Shown piece by piece: positions 46,691 to 56,385 of a stretch of 64,000 nucleotides of DNA. Position numbers and translations under genes: made by a program. Under the pieces are notes generated by a model that was not told where the DNA came from, searched no databases, and saw nothing but the letters and a program-made list of their open reading frames with translations. Origin of the DNA: Williopsis jadinii (lineage: Eukaryota); assembly GCA_024346625.1 (NCBI GenBank), contig AP024664.1:1984001-2048000 (forward strand), written 5' to 3'. Numbering within the stretch: position 1 is the stretch's first letter; the number at the start of each line of letters is the position of its first letter.

Positions 46691-47248
46691 TCATTTAGAA
46701 TTACTCTCGTATAGTTTGTTAATGATTTGAAACGTTGTTGTGATCTTACTCTTCAAAAGCTCGGCTTCGACGCCACCTTTCAATCGTAAAGCGTTAACCA
46801 TCTTATCCGGGTGCCATCTGATCCTCTCCATCTTTAAAGCCTTCCCATAGTCACTAGCTGTTCTCAGGAATGCTTCCACGTTTGGTTCAGTCAAGGCATC
46901 ACCAACACTTCGTATCGGGAACACCAGAACATTGGACCCTGTGCTCTTTATCGACTGCCAATCCAAGCAGTAATCGTTATAACTATAAGCATTGCTATTG
47001 TTGATGTCATCATCATTGTCGTTGACATCAGCACTGTCGCCATCTACACCGCCTTCATCTTCACTGCCACATTGCGGATCATCCAAGTATGACCAGTTAT
47101 ACCCGTCTTGTCCAGTGACGTCCTTGGAGTACGCCAAGTGATGACGTTGCTTGTAGTACTTCTGGTCCGTCGTCTTGCCCACAAATCTATAGCCGTTGAT
47201 CGACGGACCCCACTCACTGAATCCATCACCAGCAGCTTCTTCTCCCAT
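46691..47248 (-). CDS. Hypothetical protein with C-terminal ERIRWHPDK motif (185 aa)
   Basis: Open frame with an acidic middle and ALKMERIRWHPDK...ITTTFQIINKL; start codon uncertain. Confidence 0.65.
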   Translation of the reverse strand: MGEEAAGDGFSEWGPSINGYRFVGKTTDQKYYKQRHHLAYSKDVTGQDGYNWSYLDDPQCGSEDEGGVDGDSADVNDNDDDINNSNAYSYNDYCLDWQSIKSTGSNVLVFPIRSVGDALTEPNVEAFLRTASDYGKALKMERIRWHPDKMVNALRLKGGVEAELLKSKITTTFQIINKLYESNSK

Positions 47249-48065
47249 CACGAGCCATCAACCTAGAGAAATCTCACACGGCAAACCAGTATACTTCCTT
47301 AGCCTTCCTTCTAACTTATCATCTCTCTTTGCACGCACTGTAAAAAATACCCTGTGTGTGCGCGGGCAAACAGTATCAAGCGGGTCTTCCCCGTTTACGC
47401 TGTTGAATTTGCGCACAAGATCCAGCGCCCAGAGAATTCCCTTTACGCTGCTCAACATTTGCGCAGATGAAACCTGCTCCCTTACGATCATCTCCCGTTA
47501 CCCGTGGTCTTCTATGGTCGTAGTCTTCTACGGTCGTAGTCTTCCTGATCGTAGTCTCATCCGCCCGTGGTCTGCTCTTCCTGCACGAAACTAAAAGTAA
47601 GCCTCCGCGTGTCATTTCGCTTGTGTACAAACGATTTACGAAACTCTCCAGCGCCAGATTGGGCCGTATCGGGTAGTTGCGCAATTCCGCACCGTAAACA
47701 CAAAACACGAAAAAATAACCGCAGCATTTCTAACGCGTTGGTCCCAGTGACCAAGAAATCTTTTATAGTACTTCCTGGAAGTTTTCATCACCCACACAGT
47801 ATTCTAAAGTCTTTCTTGCTATGTAAGATGATGTATTTACCCGTAAGGGAGGTGAAAACTCTTGGAGAATGCCCATGGATGTGGGTATTTATGGATACTG
47901 AAAAATATGAGAGAGAGAGACAAAGAGAGGCACAGAAGTCCATCTTGAACAGTTCTCGTGATTGGTGTCATCTTCTGATTTAGATAGGAAGTGATATTCA
48001 TAGAGGGCTAAGAAGAACAGATACTATAACATTACAAAACGAGAGTCATAAAAAAGCACTGTGAT

Positions 48066-49409
48066 ATGATTTTGCTACCGATACTCACAGCGTTCCTAGT
48101 CACACGCTCAGGAGCCATAGATCTCGACTTGAGCTCGAGAGACTCCATCTGTGACGCAGCTGCGCTGATTCAAGATGGTGTATTGGATTACTACGAAGGC
48201 ACACGATACGGTGGTGCTGTGGGGATGTTCGTGTACCCTTACTACTGGTGGCAGGCCGGACACGCCTTTGGCGCTTTGATCGATACGTGGTACCTGTGCG
48301 GGAATGATACGTATGAACAGTTGATCCACGATGCCCTGATGCACCAGACTGGTGAGGGTAACGACTACATGCCCAAGAATCAGACCATGACCGAGGGAAA
48401 TGATGATCAAGGATTTTGGGGGCTGACCGTGATGGCTGCTGCGGAGAGAAACTTTACTGCTCCGCAGGATGGGCCTGATTGGCTTGCGCTGACACAGGCC
48501 GTCTACAACACGATGTGGGAAAGATGGGATATGGAACACTGTGGCGGTGGACTAAGATGGCAAATCTTCACCTGGAATTCTGGTTATAACTACAAGAATA
48601 CCATCTCAACGGCATGTCTATTCAACTTGGCAGGAAGACTGGCCAGATTCACGAGAAACGATACGTATGTCGAGACAGCACAAACCGCATACGACTGGCT
48701 AGTAGACATCGGATTCATAGTGGACAGCAACGGAATGGCTCGTGTGTACGACGGTGCCGATATTGCAGAGAACTGTACCGACATTGTCCACATCGAGTGG
48801 ACCTATAACGTTGGAATCATGATTGGTGGTGCTGCCTATCTTTACAACTTTACAGAGGAGCAATACTGGTTAGACGTCACAGCTCATTTGGTTGAAGGTG
48901 CGAAAGTGTTCTTCAGAGATGGGATCATGTATGAAAGAGCGTGTCAAGATGGTGATAACTGTAACAACGATCAAAGGTTCTTTAAAGGTGTCTTTGCACG
49001 GTGTTTGGGATTGACTGCCTTGCTCGTGCCAGACTTGTACGACGACATCATGCCTTTATTGGATACATCGGCTTCTGCAGCAGCCCAGTCGTGTGTTGGT
49101 GGTATAGATGGACACACGTGTGGATTGAACTGGGAGTATGACGGCTGGGATGGCTACTACGGCTTGGGTGAACAGGTGAGTGCGCTGGAAACCATCCAGA
49201 GTCATTTGACACCAATATCGCCTGCTCCACTTACGCAGGAGAACGAAGGAGTTGCCGTTGGTGATGTTAATGCCGGCTTAAACACCACGCGCAATGAATT
49301 GACATATTCAGATATGAACATTGATAGCGGTGATGTGGCAGGTGCCGCTATAGTCACTGCCGTTGTGCTCCTCTTGGCCGTTGGTGGTGCAATTTGGATG
49401 GTTTTATAG
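48066..49409 (+). CDS. DFG5: GPI-anchored GH76 mannosidase/transglycosidase (447 aa)
   Basis: LDYYEGTRYGG, EGNDDQG, CGGGLRWQIFTWNSGY; C-terminal GPI signal AGAAIVTAVVLLLAVGGAIWMVL. Confidence 0.9.
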   Translation: MILLPILTAFLVTRSGAIDLDLSSRDSICDAAALIQDGVLDYYEGTRYGGAVGMFVYPYYWWQAGHAFGALIDTWYLCGNDTYEQLIHDALMHQTGEGNDYMPKNQTMTEGNDDQGFWGLTVMAAAERNFTAPQDGPDWLALTQAVYNTMWERWDMEHCGGGLRWQIFTWNSGYNYKNTISTACLFNLAGRLARFTRNDTYVETAQTAYDWLVDIGFIVDSNGMARVYDGADIAENCTDIVHIEWTYNVGIMIGGAAYLYNFTEEQYWLDVTAHLVEGAKVFFRDGIMYERACQDGDNCNNDQRFFKGVFARCLGLTALLVPDLYDDIMPLLDTSASAAAQSCVGGIDGHTCGLNWEYDGWDGYYGLGEQVSALETIQSHLTPISPAPLTQENEGVAVGDVNAGLNTTRNELTYSDMNIDSGDVAGAAIVTAVVLLLAVGGAIWMVL

Positions 49410-49535
49410 TTTTTACTGGGACGTTTGTTTTATGACTGCTATTATGCTTGTAAGTGAGCTTTTTACAGCGAGTGAGACAATGGTGTTTCTTGGTGATATT
49501 ATAGTACATACTGGTCCATCCCTGTTCGATTTATC

Positions 49536-51057
49536 CTATCTTCTCGTCTTGTACTTCTTTCTTGGATGGTTTTGCTGTGGAACCGGAAGAGTACCATTGT
49601 AGATGAACTGTTCTGTTGGCAACAGCATGGACGGTCTTACATCTGGCATTATATCTCCCTTTATCATAATCTCGTTGAGTAATCTAAAACACTTGTGATG
49701 GAGGTCCGTCTCCTTTTGTGTAGGAAGTGGTAACGCCTTCTCAAATCTCTCCTTTCTTAAGGATTGCAGCTCTGCCAGTTTCATTGATAACAGCTCTTGT
49801 TCCTGACCTTCGTTGAAGGCTTCAATGACATCATCGTCCAATGTATTTGATGGATTCCACTCATAAATGTTGAATAGATCTTCATTAGTTAGCTCTACAG
49901 GTCCAGGAACCTCAATATCCTGGGTCATGTTCACATCCTCCTTCACCACTGCTGTATCTCCATTCGGTTCCTTCTCATCCTCATCAACATCCTCTTTCAT
50001 ATCATCATCATCTTCGCCATTCAATGCCTGTGCAGCGTTATAAGGTTCCTGGTTCCATCTTTGTAGTTGTTTATAACCAATGTGCTCAAGCCATAATTTC
50101 CCCTTGTCCTGCGAAGAGACAACAATGGTCTGTTCATCAACCACTGGTGCAAATGTTTGCAGATCACTCAAAGCCAGCCATTTGGCTGTAGGCAGTGAGT
50201 ACCAGTTTGGATGTAAAAACCGGCTCAATATCTCTGTCGACTGCTGTTGTGGCATTTGCGGTAAGCGTGTCACCTGCGGTGATATGGCGCCCAATGGTAT
50301 CGACTGTGCCGATAACGTTGTTGGAATAACTTTTGAAGAGCTAACATTGTCTGGCACAATAGCTTCCCTTTCATCGAGTGCAGAACGGCTGTTCATAGAT
50401 GTGAATAATGGCACATTGTTTTGCGTTGTGGTCACATACAGCTCGCCATGTCCCAAGGTGTACGATGTACAAATGGCATCAAAGTCGTTGTTCAGCATCT
50501 CTTCAAACTGGCTTTCTTCCTCATAACTGCTGGTTATCGATTCGCGTTTCTCACTCATCTCTTTGATGTTGATGTGCAGTCTGTAGCACTCTCTCAGAAA
50601 GAGCTCTGTGGACAGCTTGTAAAATCTATCAACATCAACGTAGTGTCTTGACCCGAGCTCCAGCGTGTTGATCAGTATCGAGCTGCACAGCTTGATGTCG
50701 TGATAAAACCCATACGGACTGATGTAGAACCCCTTCTCAAACTTGTTCAAGATCGTCGTTGTTTTGGCCTTGTCCTTGTCACTGAGCTTCAGATACGTTC
50801 TGTATATCAGCAGCGGGTCTGGCTCCAGAAAGTGCTCGGGGATCGGAGACACCAGCACACCGCGCTTATCAGCGTCTTTCAACACAGAGACAACGTTACT
50901 CAGAGACTCTTTGAATAGCTTTGTTGATTCAGCTGCTGGAATTTGTTAGTCCATAGGCGCTTGCAAGAAGAGCAGTCCGCTTGTTCGTGATCGAATAGCG
51001 CGCTTAGAGGCAAACTGGCGAGAGCAACTTACCGCTGGAGGTCCCGTTAGCTGTCAT
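49536..51057 (-). CDS. RSC58: RSC chromatin remodeler subunit (about 474 aa), two exons (51057-51033, 50935-49536)
   Basis: FYHDIKLCS...VDRFYKLSTELFLRECYR and FLHPNWYSLP resemble Rsc58; spliced start MTANGTSSAAEST; synteny with RAD5/SMF3. Confidence 0.82.
50936..51032 (-). other. Spliceosomal intron (97 nt, phase 1) in RSC58 with tandem CAGCAG acceptor
   Basis: GTAAGT 51032-51027, GACTAAC 50951-50945, CAG 50938-50936, second CAG 50935-50933. Confidence 0.85.
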
Positions 51058-51311
51058 TCTTCTCTTTCGTGATCTGCTCGCTGTTTTGATTAACCGCCGT
51101 GATGTTGTTGTGTGTGCTCTGTGTGTTTTGGTTTGTTCGTTCGCGTAATTTTTACAGCGCTTTTTTTGCTTGTTGATGATGGGTGGACAGGCAAAACCAC
51201 AAAACCAACTGATGCAAAACATCCCGATAGGGAAATAGTCCTAATTGGACAATACAAATCTACATCAAAAGGGACACTTTAATCTATACAAGGCTGTATT
51301 AAATATACAAA

Positions 51312-54300
51312 CTATTCGTTGATCCACTTGCCCTGGATTCTGTTCTGGGTCACCTTGACGGGCTTCAAGTCCCAGCCGACACCTCCAGTGCCGACGTTGG
51401 CACCGTATCTCGGAATAACATAACACTCCCGCTTTGTAGAGGTTAAGAGCTTTGGAGCGTAGGGTGGGCCCAAGGGCTTCGAGTAGGTGATGAGACCACT
51501 GGTCTTTGCAACGTTAGCAAGTGCCATGGCTGTGATGTTACAGAGCGATCTCATTCTGCGCTTTGGCAGCGTTGCGGAATCAGGGTTGTTGTTTGCACCG
51601 GCAGTGATGGCTTCGTAGACGATGTACGACGGTGGAACTTCACCTGACGTGCACAGGATGGAACCTGGATGGATGTAGACATATGGAGAAGTGTTCTCTT
51701 GGTCATTGGTTGGCAGTACAGGGATGTAAGGAATGTAAGGAATGTTTGCAATGTCCGTCTTGCTGGTCAGCTTGACATCGCTGTCGATCAAATCGGCACG
51801 GATCGAAACACAGTCAACGAACCCTGCTGCGATCACCTGTTTCAACAGCTTTACCTGGTCATCTTTTGGCATGTCCAATTTCAATTCCTGTTCCGTAACG
51901 TTGCTTGCTACGCTCTCCTTTGTGGTGAGGGACTTGACGATATACGTGACCTGCTTTCTGAGCTTCTTGATCTCTTCCATAAGCTTTGGTCTGAGAAAGT
52001 TGTTGGAGAGGAAGTCATCACGCTTTTCAGGTTTAATCCAATCATACGCACAAACTGCACTTAACAACTTCAGTGCATCACTGTACTTGTCCAGTTTACT
52101 AAAGATCTGCCTTGAGCTGTGGAATTTGGATCTCAGGTTTCTCTTGAATTCCAACTCTTGATCTCCCTGATCCTCATCTTCATTTTCGATTCCAAGTTCA
52201 TTCTCGTTGATGAAGGGATCTCCAACAGATAGTGCGGATACAATGGCCACAACGTACGGCATACAGCCTCTTTGGTTACCAACCATGAGCATTTTGGCAA
52301 ATCTTGGACTCATTGGGAAATTACTCATGTTTTTCCCAAGCTCCGTGATATTGCACTCTTGATCAAGTGCACCAAGCACTTGCAACAACCTCTCGGCAAT
52401 GGCTAACTGATCTCTCTCCGGTGGTGTAGGGAAAGGAAATTTGATCACTCCACTGATACCCATACTCTTCATTGTCAACACAACACTCTCTATCGGCATA
52501 CGAAGAATTTCAGGGATGGAAAACTGCGGGAAGTCACGCTCATAGACCGCAGATGAGTACAGTCGATAACAATGGCCGGGACCTGTACGACCTGCTCTAC
52601 CAGCTCTCTGATTGGCACTTGCCTTACTAACCCAGTCAATCTCAAAGCTTTGGACTCCAGTTTTGATATCGTATTTACGTTCCTTTGCACGACCACAGTC
52701 AACAACGTATCTAACACCTGGAATGGTCAAAGAGGTCTCTGCAACGTTTGTAGCCACAACACACAGACGACTTCCCTTTGGTGGATCCTGGAACACTTTC
52801 ATCTGTTCTTTTGTTGGCAGCAAGGAGTACAAAGGCAAGACGTACAAGGGATCTCTATCTGTTTGGCCTTCCTCCAAAGTCTCGTCAAAGCCTTCCTCAG
52901 CGTCATCTGACACATCACCATCGTCAAGAAGTTCACCATCGTCATCGACTTTAACACTGAACTCGATATCCTCCACTTCTGCATCCGCTTGTTTGGCGTT
53001 GATTCTTAGATTCTGAACCTCGTCTTCATCGTTATGATACTTTTTAGATCTCGACTGAGTGAATGGAAACTCCTGTTTCAACTTCTTCACCAAGCCTGTG
53101 ATTTCATTTTGACCGGTCATGAAGATCAGAATTGCACCAGGTGGTAATCTTTGATGGATCTTACAGGTCTTTCTGAACGCCTCGTCAATGTAGTTGTGTG
53201 CGGTTTTCTTATTGAAATGGATGGACACCGGGTATTGTCTTGCTTGGACTTCCAAGATTGGAGGAGGAGTTTCAAACAGTGCCTTATTCTCACTGAAATC
53301 AGAAACTCGAAGAGTGGCAGACATGATAATGAGCTTTAGCTTCTTATATTTCACAGGGTCCGTAGCATTGAGTTTATGACGAAGACGAACAACACGGCTC
53401 AGCATACCAATGAGAATATCTGTGTTAATGTTACGTTCGTGTGCTTCATCGATGATAATTGAAGAGTATTTCTCCAGGATGAAATCAGTCATCATTTCAC
53501 GCAGCAACACACCATCTGTCATGAACTTCATTCTTGTCTCTGGTTTAGTCGTAGAGTCGAATCTGATCTGATATCCAACACTATCACCGTGGTCGCCTAA
53601 TTCGGCAGCAACACGATTTGCCATGGATACAGCAGCAACCCTTCTTGGTTGCGTGATACCAATCATCCCAGGGTTCTCAGGCGAGTTCATGGAGCCGAAT
53701 CCTGCTTCGTATAGGAACTGAGGAACCTGGGTTGTCTTACCAGAACCGGTTTCACCGCAAATGATGACAATATCGTTATGATGAATGGCTTCCATGATCT
53801 TGTGCTCCTCACCGTAAACTGGCAAGTTCAAACGGCTTTGCTGGATATCATCTGGTCTATTAACGGTGACAAAGAATGCTTTACGTGTACTATTCTCGTC
53901 GACCGGGATATAATCCTCCTTGAGGTCATCTTCCAAGTCTTCTGGGCGATCTATTCTCTTGTAGGTTTTGTAATCGTGATTTGGCAAGGTTGCTTGTGGT
54001 GCGAGTCTCCCTTCTAGCTTTCTCAGTTGTTCATCTGCCCACTCCTTGAAGTCCTCTGCTCTTGCACTGTGCGAGAATTTTTTCCTGTTGGATTCTTCGT
54101 CTTGGTCCTCATCGTCATCATCGTCCTCCTCCTCATCGTCCTCTTGGTCCTCCTCCTCCTCGTCTTCCTCCTCGTCTTCCTCCTCGTCTTCCTCCTCGTC
54201 TTCCTCCTCATCATCCTCCTCCTCCTCGTCTTCCTTGACAGCTTTCGAATCTTCTGGATGTTCAGCTTCTTCCTCAGACGGCTCATCGTCTCCTTCAGAC

Positions 54301-55133
54301 GACTCAAAGTCTCTCTCATCCTCAATCTCACTCTTACGCTTATCCTTCAACTTCTTCAGCTCTTCATTCTCCACTTTGGCTCTCCATGTATACTTCTTCT
54401 TAGACGTTTTCTTAACCTTCTCCTTATTCTTGAAGTTGAACCCACTACCAAAGCCGCCGGTCTTTGGTCTCATGTCAACAAACGAGGACTTCTGTTCACC
54501 GCCGAAGGAACCAAACTTATCCTCATCAAAGTCCTCCTGACTATCCTCCTCCTCATCTTCTTCTCCACCAGCATCACTCTCCTGGTCCTTCATATCCTCA
54601 TCCCAATCACGGACGTTACGCTCCTCATAGAGAATCTTCCTTGTCGTCTCATCACCTCGACCTTGTCTTTCCAGTGACAGCGCCTCTGCAAACTCCTCCT
54701 TCTTAGTCTTCTTGCCGGTACCCAGTAGCTTAGAGCTCTCCAACAGCGAAGTATCGAATTTGGACTCTTGCAGCTTATCAATCAGCACCTGCTTCTCTTC
54801 TCTCTTGAGCTGATGCTCAATGTACTTATCCAGCCTCTTCCGCTTCTGCTTGGACATCTTGGACTCACTCGCGGGCCTCAGCTCCTCCTGCAACTTTCTC
54901 TTACGGTCCTCCTTCTCCTGCTTCGTCATCGGCTGTAGCATCTCAGCGTTGGGGTCAAAAGCCGCCTCCTCATCAGCACCTCTACCACCATCATCACCAT
55001 CGCCAGCATGATTCTCTGTACCGTCATCCAGATGCCTCGTGAACTGCTTCTGTCTCGCCTTTTTCAGCTTCTCCTGCTTCGCACGCATCCCGGCCCGAGC
55101 CTTGTCGTTGAACCTTGGCCTGTACTTCCCCAT
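51312..55133 (-). CDS. ECM16: DEAH-box helicase Dhr1, U3 release (1273 aa)
   Basis: MGKYRPRFNDKAR, GETGSGKT, DEAH, SAT and QRAGRAGR motifs; acidic insert containing a 12-bp repeat at 54154-54201. Confidence 0.95.
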   Translation of the reverse strand: MGKYRPRFNDKARAGMRAKQEKLKKARQKQFTRHLDDGTENHAGDGDDGGRGADEEAAFDPNAEMLQPMTKQEKEDRKRKLQEELRPASESKMSKQKRKRLDKYIEHQLKREEKQVLIDKLQESKFDTSLLESSKLLGTGKKTKKEEFAEALSLERQGRGDETTRKILYEERNVRDWDEDMKDQESDAGGEEDEEEDSQEDFDEDKFGSFGGEQKSSFVDMRPKTGGFGSGFNFKNKEKVKKTSKKKYTWRAKVENEELKKLKDKRKSEIEDERDFESSEGDDEPSEEEAEHPEDSKAVKEDEEEEDDEEEDEEEDEEEDEEEDEEEEDQEDDEEEDDDDDEDQDEESNRKKFSHSARAEDFKEWADEQLRKLEGRLAPQATLPNHDYKTYKRIDRPEDLEDDLKEDYIPVDENSTRKAFFVTVNRPDDIQQSRLNLPVYGEEHKIMEAIHHNDIVIICGETGSGKTTQVPQFLYEAGFGSMNSPENPGMIGITQPRRVAAVSMANRVAAELGDHGDSVGYQIRFDSTTKPETRMKFMTDGVLLREMMTDFILEKYSSIIIDEAHERNINTDILIGMLSRVVRLRHKLNATDPVKYKKLKLIIMSATLRVSDFSENKALFETPPPILEVQARQYPVSIHFNKKTAHNYIDEAFRKTCKIHQRLPPGAILIFMTGQNEITGLVKKLKQEFPFTQSRSKKYHNDEDEVQNLRINAKQADAEVEDIEFSVKVDDDGELLDDGDVSDDAEEGFDETLEEGQTDRDPLYVLPLYSLLPTKEQMKVFQDPPKGSRLCVVATNVAETSLTIPGVRYVVDCGRAKERKYDIKTGVQSFEIDWVSKASANQRAGRAGRTGPGHCYRLYSSAVYERDFPQFSIPEILRMPIESVVLTMKSMGISGVIKFPFPTPPERDQLAIAERLLQVLGALDQECNITELGKNMSNFPMSPRFAKMLMVGNQRGCMPYVVAIVSALSVGDPFINENELGIENEDEDQGDQELEFKRNLRSKFHSSRQIFSKLDKYSDALKLLSAVCAYDWIKPEKRDDFLSNNFLRPKLMEEIKKLRKQVTYIVKSLTTKESVASNVTEQELKLDMPKDDQVKLLKQVIAAGFVDCVSIRADLIDSDVKLTSKTDIANIPYIPYIPVLPTNDQENTSPYVYIHPGSILCTSGEVPPSYIVYEAITAGANNNPDSATLPKRRMRSLCNITAMALANVAKTSGLITYSKPLGPPYAPKLLTSTKRECYVIPRYGANVGTGGVGWDLKPVKVTQNRIQGKWINE

Positions 55134-55196
55134 CGTCTACTTCTGTCGCTTGTTGTCCCCAGCTTCTCCCTTGCGAGCTCTGTGTGCTTTGTTTAC

Positions 55197-55215
55197 GCGA
55201 TGAGGTGAAATTTTT
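55197..55215. promoter_or_regulatory. PAC and RRPE ribosome-biogenesis elements
   Basis: GCGATGAG 55197-55204 and TGAAATTTTT 55206-55215, 64-82 bp upstream of the ECM16 ATG. Confidence 0.8.
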
Positions 55216-55282
55216 TTTGTGGCCCTTTGTTTGTTGATGCCGCCCTCGGAAGGGGCCTTCTCGCACTACAAAACAGGCTGAG

Positions 55283-55284
<2 letters not shown>

Positions 55285-55316
<32 letters not shown>
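55285..55316. repeat. (CA)16 microsatellite in the ECM16/SAS2 bidirectional promoter
   Basis: Perfect CA run. Confidence 0.95.
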
Positions 55317-55319
<3 letters not shown>

Positions 55320-55416
55320 ATCCACTGGAGGGTAAGCTGCCAGAGGAGAGGCTGACGAGAGCGACGTGGAAGGAAAGGAGCTCGTAGAAGGAGCTCATAG
55401 CGTGTTTTGGTACACA

Positions 55417-56358
55417 ATGCATCACAAGTTGGAGGTTGAAGACGGGACGTATGGTCTTCTCAAGGGCCCGAACATCAGCAAAGTACGGCTCGGTAACCAT
55501 GAGATGGGCACCTGGTATGGCACCGCTGTGTACTTTGCACGGGATCACAAGACCCTGGGGTTTAAGTACCTGAATGGCGAGAAGCAGTCGAGGAGCAAGT
55601 CGCTGGTGAACCAGGAGGAGACGTGGCTGGAGAAGCTGTACGTGTGTGACTGGTGCTTCAAGTACACCGATGTTGAGGATGAGTTCCTGGGCCACCACGC
55701 CAGGTGTAGCCATAGGGCTCGCCAGCCAGGCCAGATAAGGTACCTGGCTGCTGACGTGACTATACGGAGGGTACGAGGCTCCCGGCACAAGCTCTTCACG
55801 CAGAACCTGTGTCTCTTCACGAAGATGTTTCTCGATAACAAGTCGATGTTCTTTGCAGTGGACTACTTTGACTTCTATGTTGTCTACGACAACCTCACCA
55901 ACAAGCCGATGGGATTCTTCTCCAAGGAGCTGCTCTCCACCGATAGAAACAACCTGGCGTGCATCCTGGTGTTCCCACCGTACCAGAGAAGACACCTGGG
56001 CACTTTGCTGATTGCATTCTCCTATGAGCTATCGAAAGCGGAAAGACTCATTTCTGGGCCAGAGAAGCCACTATCACCATTTGGTCTAATGGGGTATCTG
56101 AAGTACTGGAGCAGTACCGTGGCTAGAGAACTGCTATACGGCCGTAGCCGTGCGGAGGACGAGATCACTCTCAACGCGCTGTCAAGAATAACTGGAATAC
56201 GCATTGATGATATAACCCTGACTTTGAAATACATGGAGATCTTAAAGGTGGAGAATGACAAGTTACACTTGGATAGGGGTTGCTTGAAGAGCTGGGCAAG
56301 GAAGAACAAGCTCTCCAAAGCCCCTCTTCTCCAAAAAGAATGTCTATTGGTTGAATGA
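55417..56358 (+). CDS. SAS2: MYST histone acetyltransferase (313 aa)
   Basis: TWYGTAVYF, C2HC finger CDWCFKY, FLDNKS, NLACILVFPPYQRRHLG, GPEKPLSPFG; divergent from ECM16. Confidence 0.9.
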   Translation: MHHKLEVEDGTYGLLKGPNISKVRLGNHEMGTWYGTAVYFARDHKTLGFKYLNGEKQSRSKSLVNQEETWLEKLYVCDWCFKYTDVEDEFLGHHARCSHRARQPGQIRYLAADVTIRRVRGSRHKLFTQNLCLFTKMFLDNKSMFFAVDYFDFYVVYDNLTNKPMGFFSKELLSTDRNNLACILVFPPYQRRHLGTLLIAFSYELSKAERLISGPEKPLSPFGLMGYLKYWSSTVARELLYGRSRAEDEITLNALSRITGIRIDDITLTLKYMEILKVENDKLHLDRGCLKSWARKNKLSKAPLLQKECLLVE

Positions 56359-56385
56359 ATATCTTTAGAGCCCCTCCTGTATATA

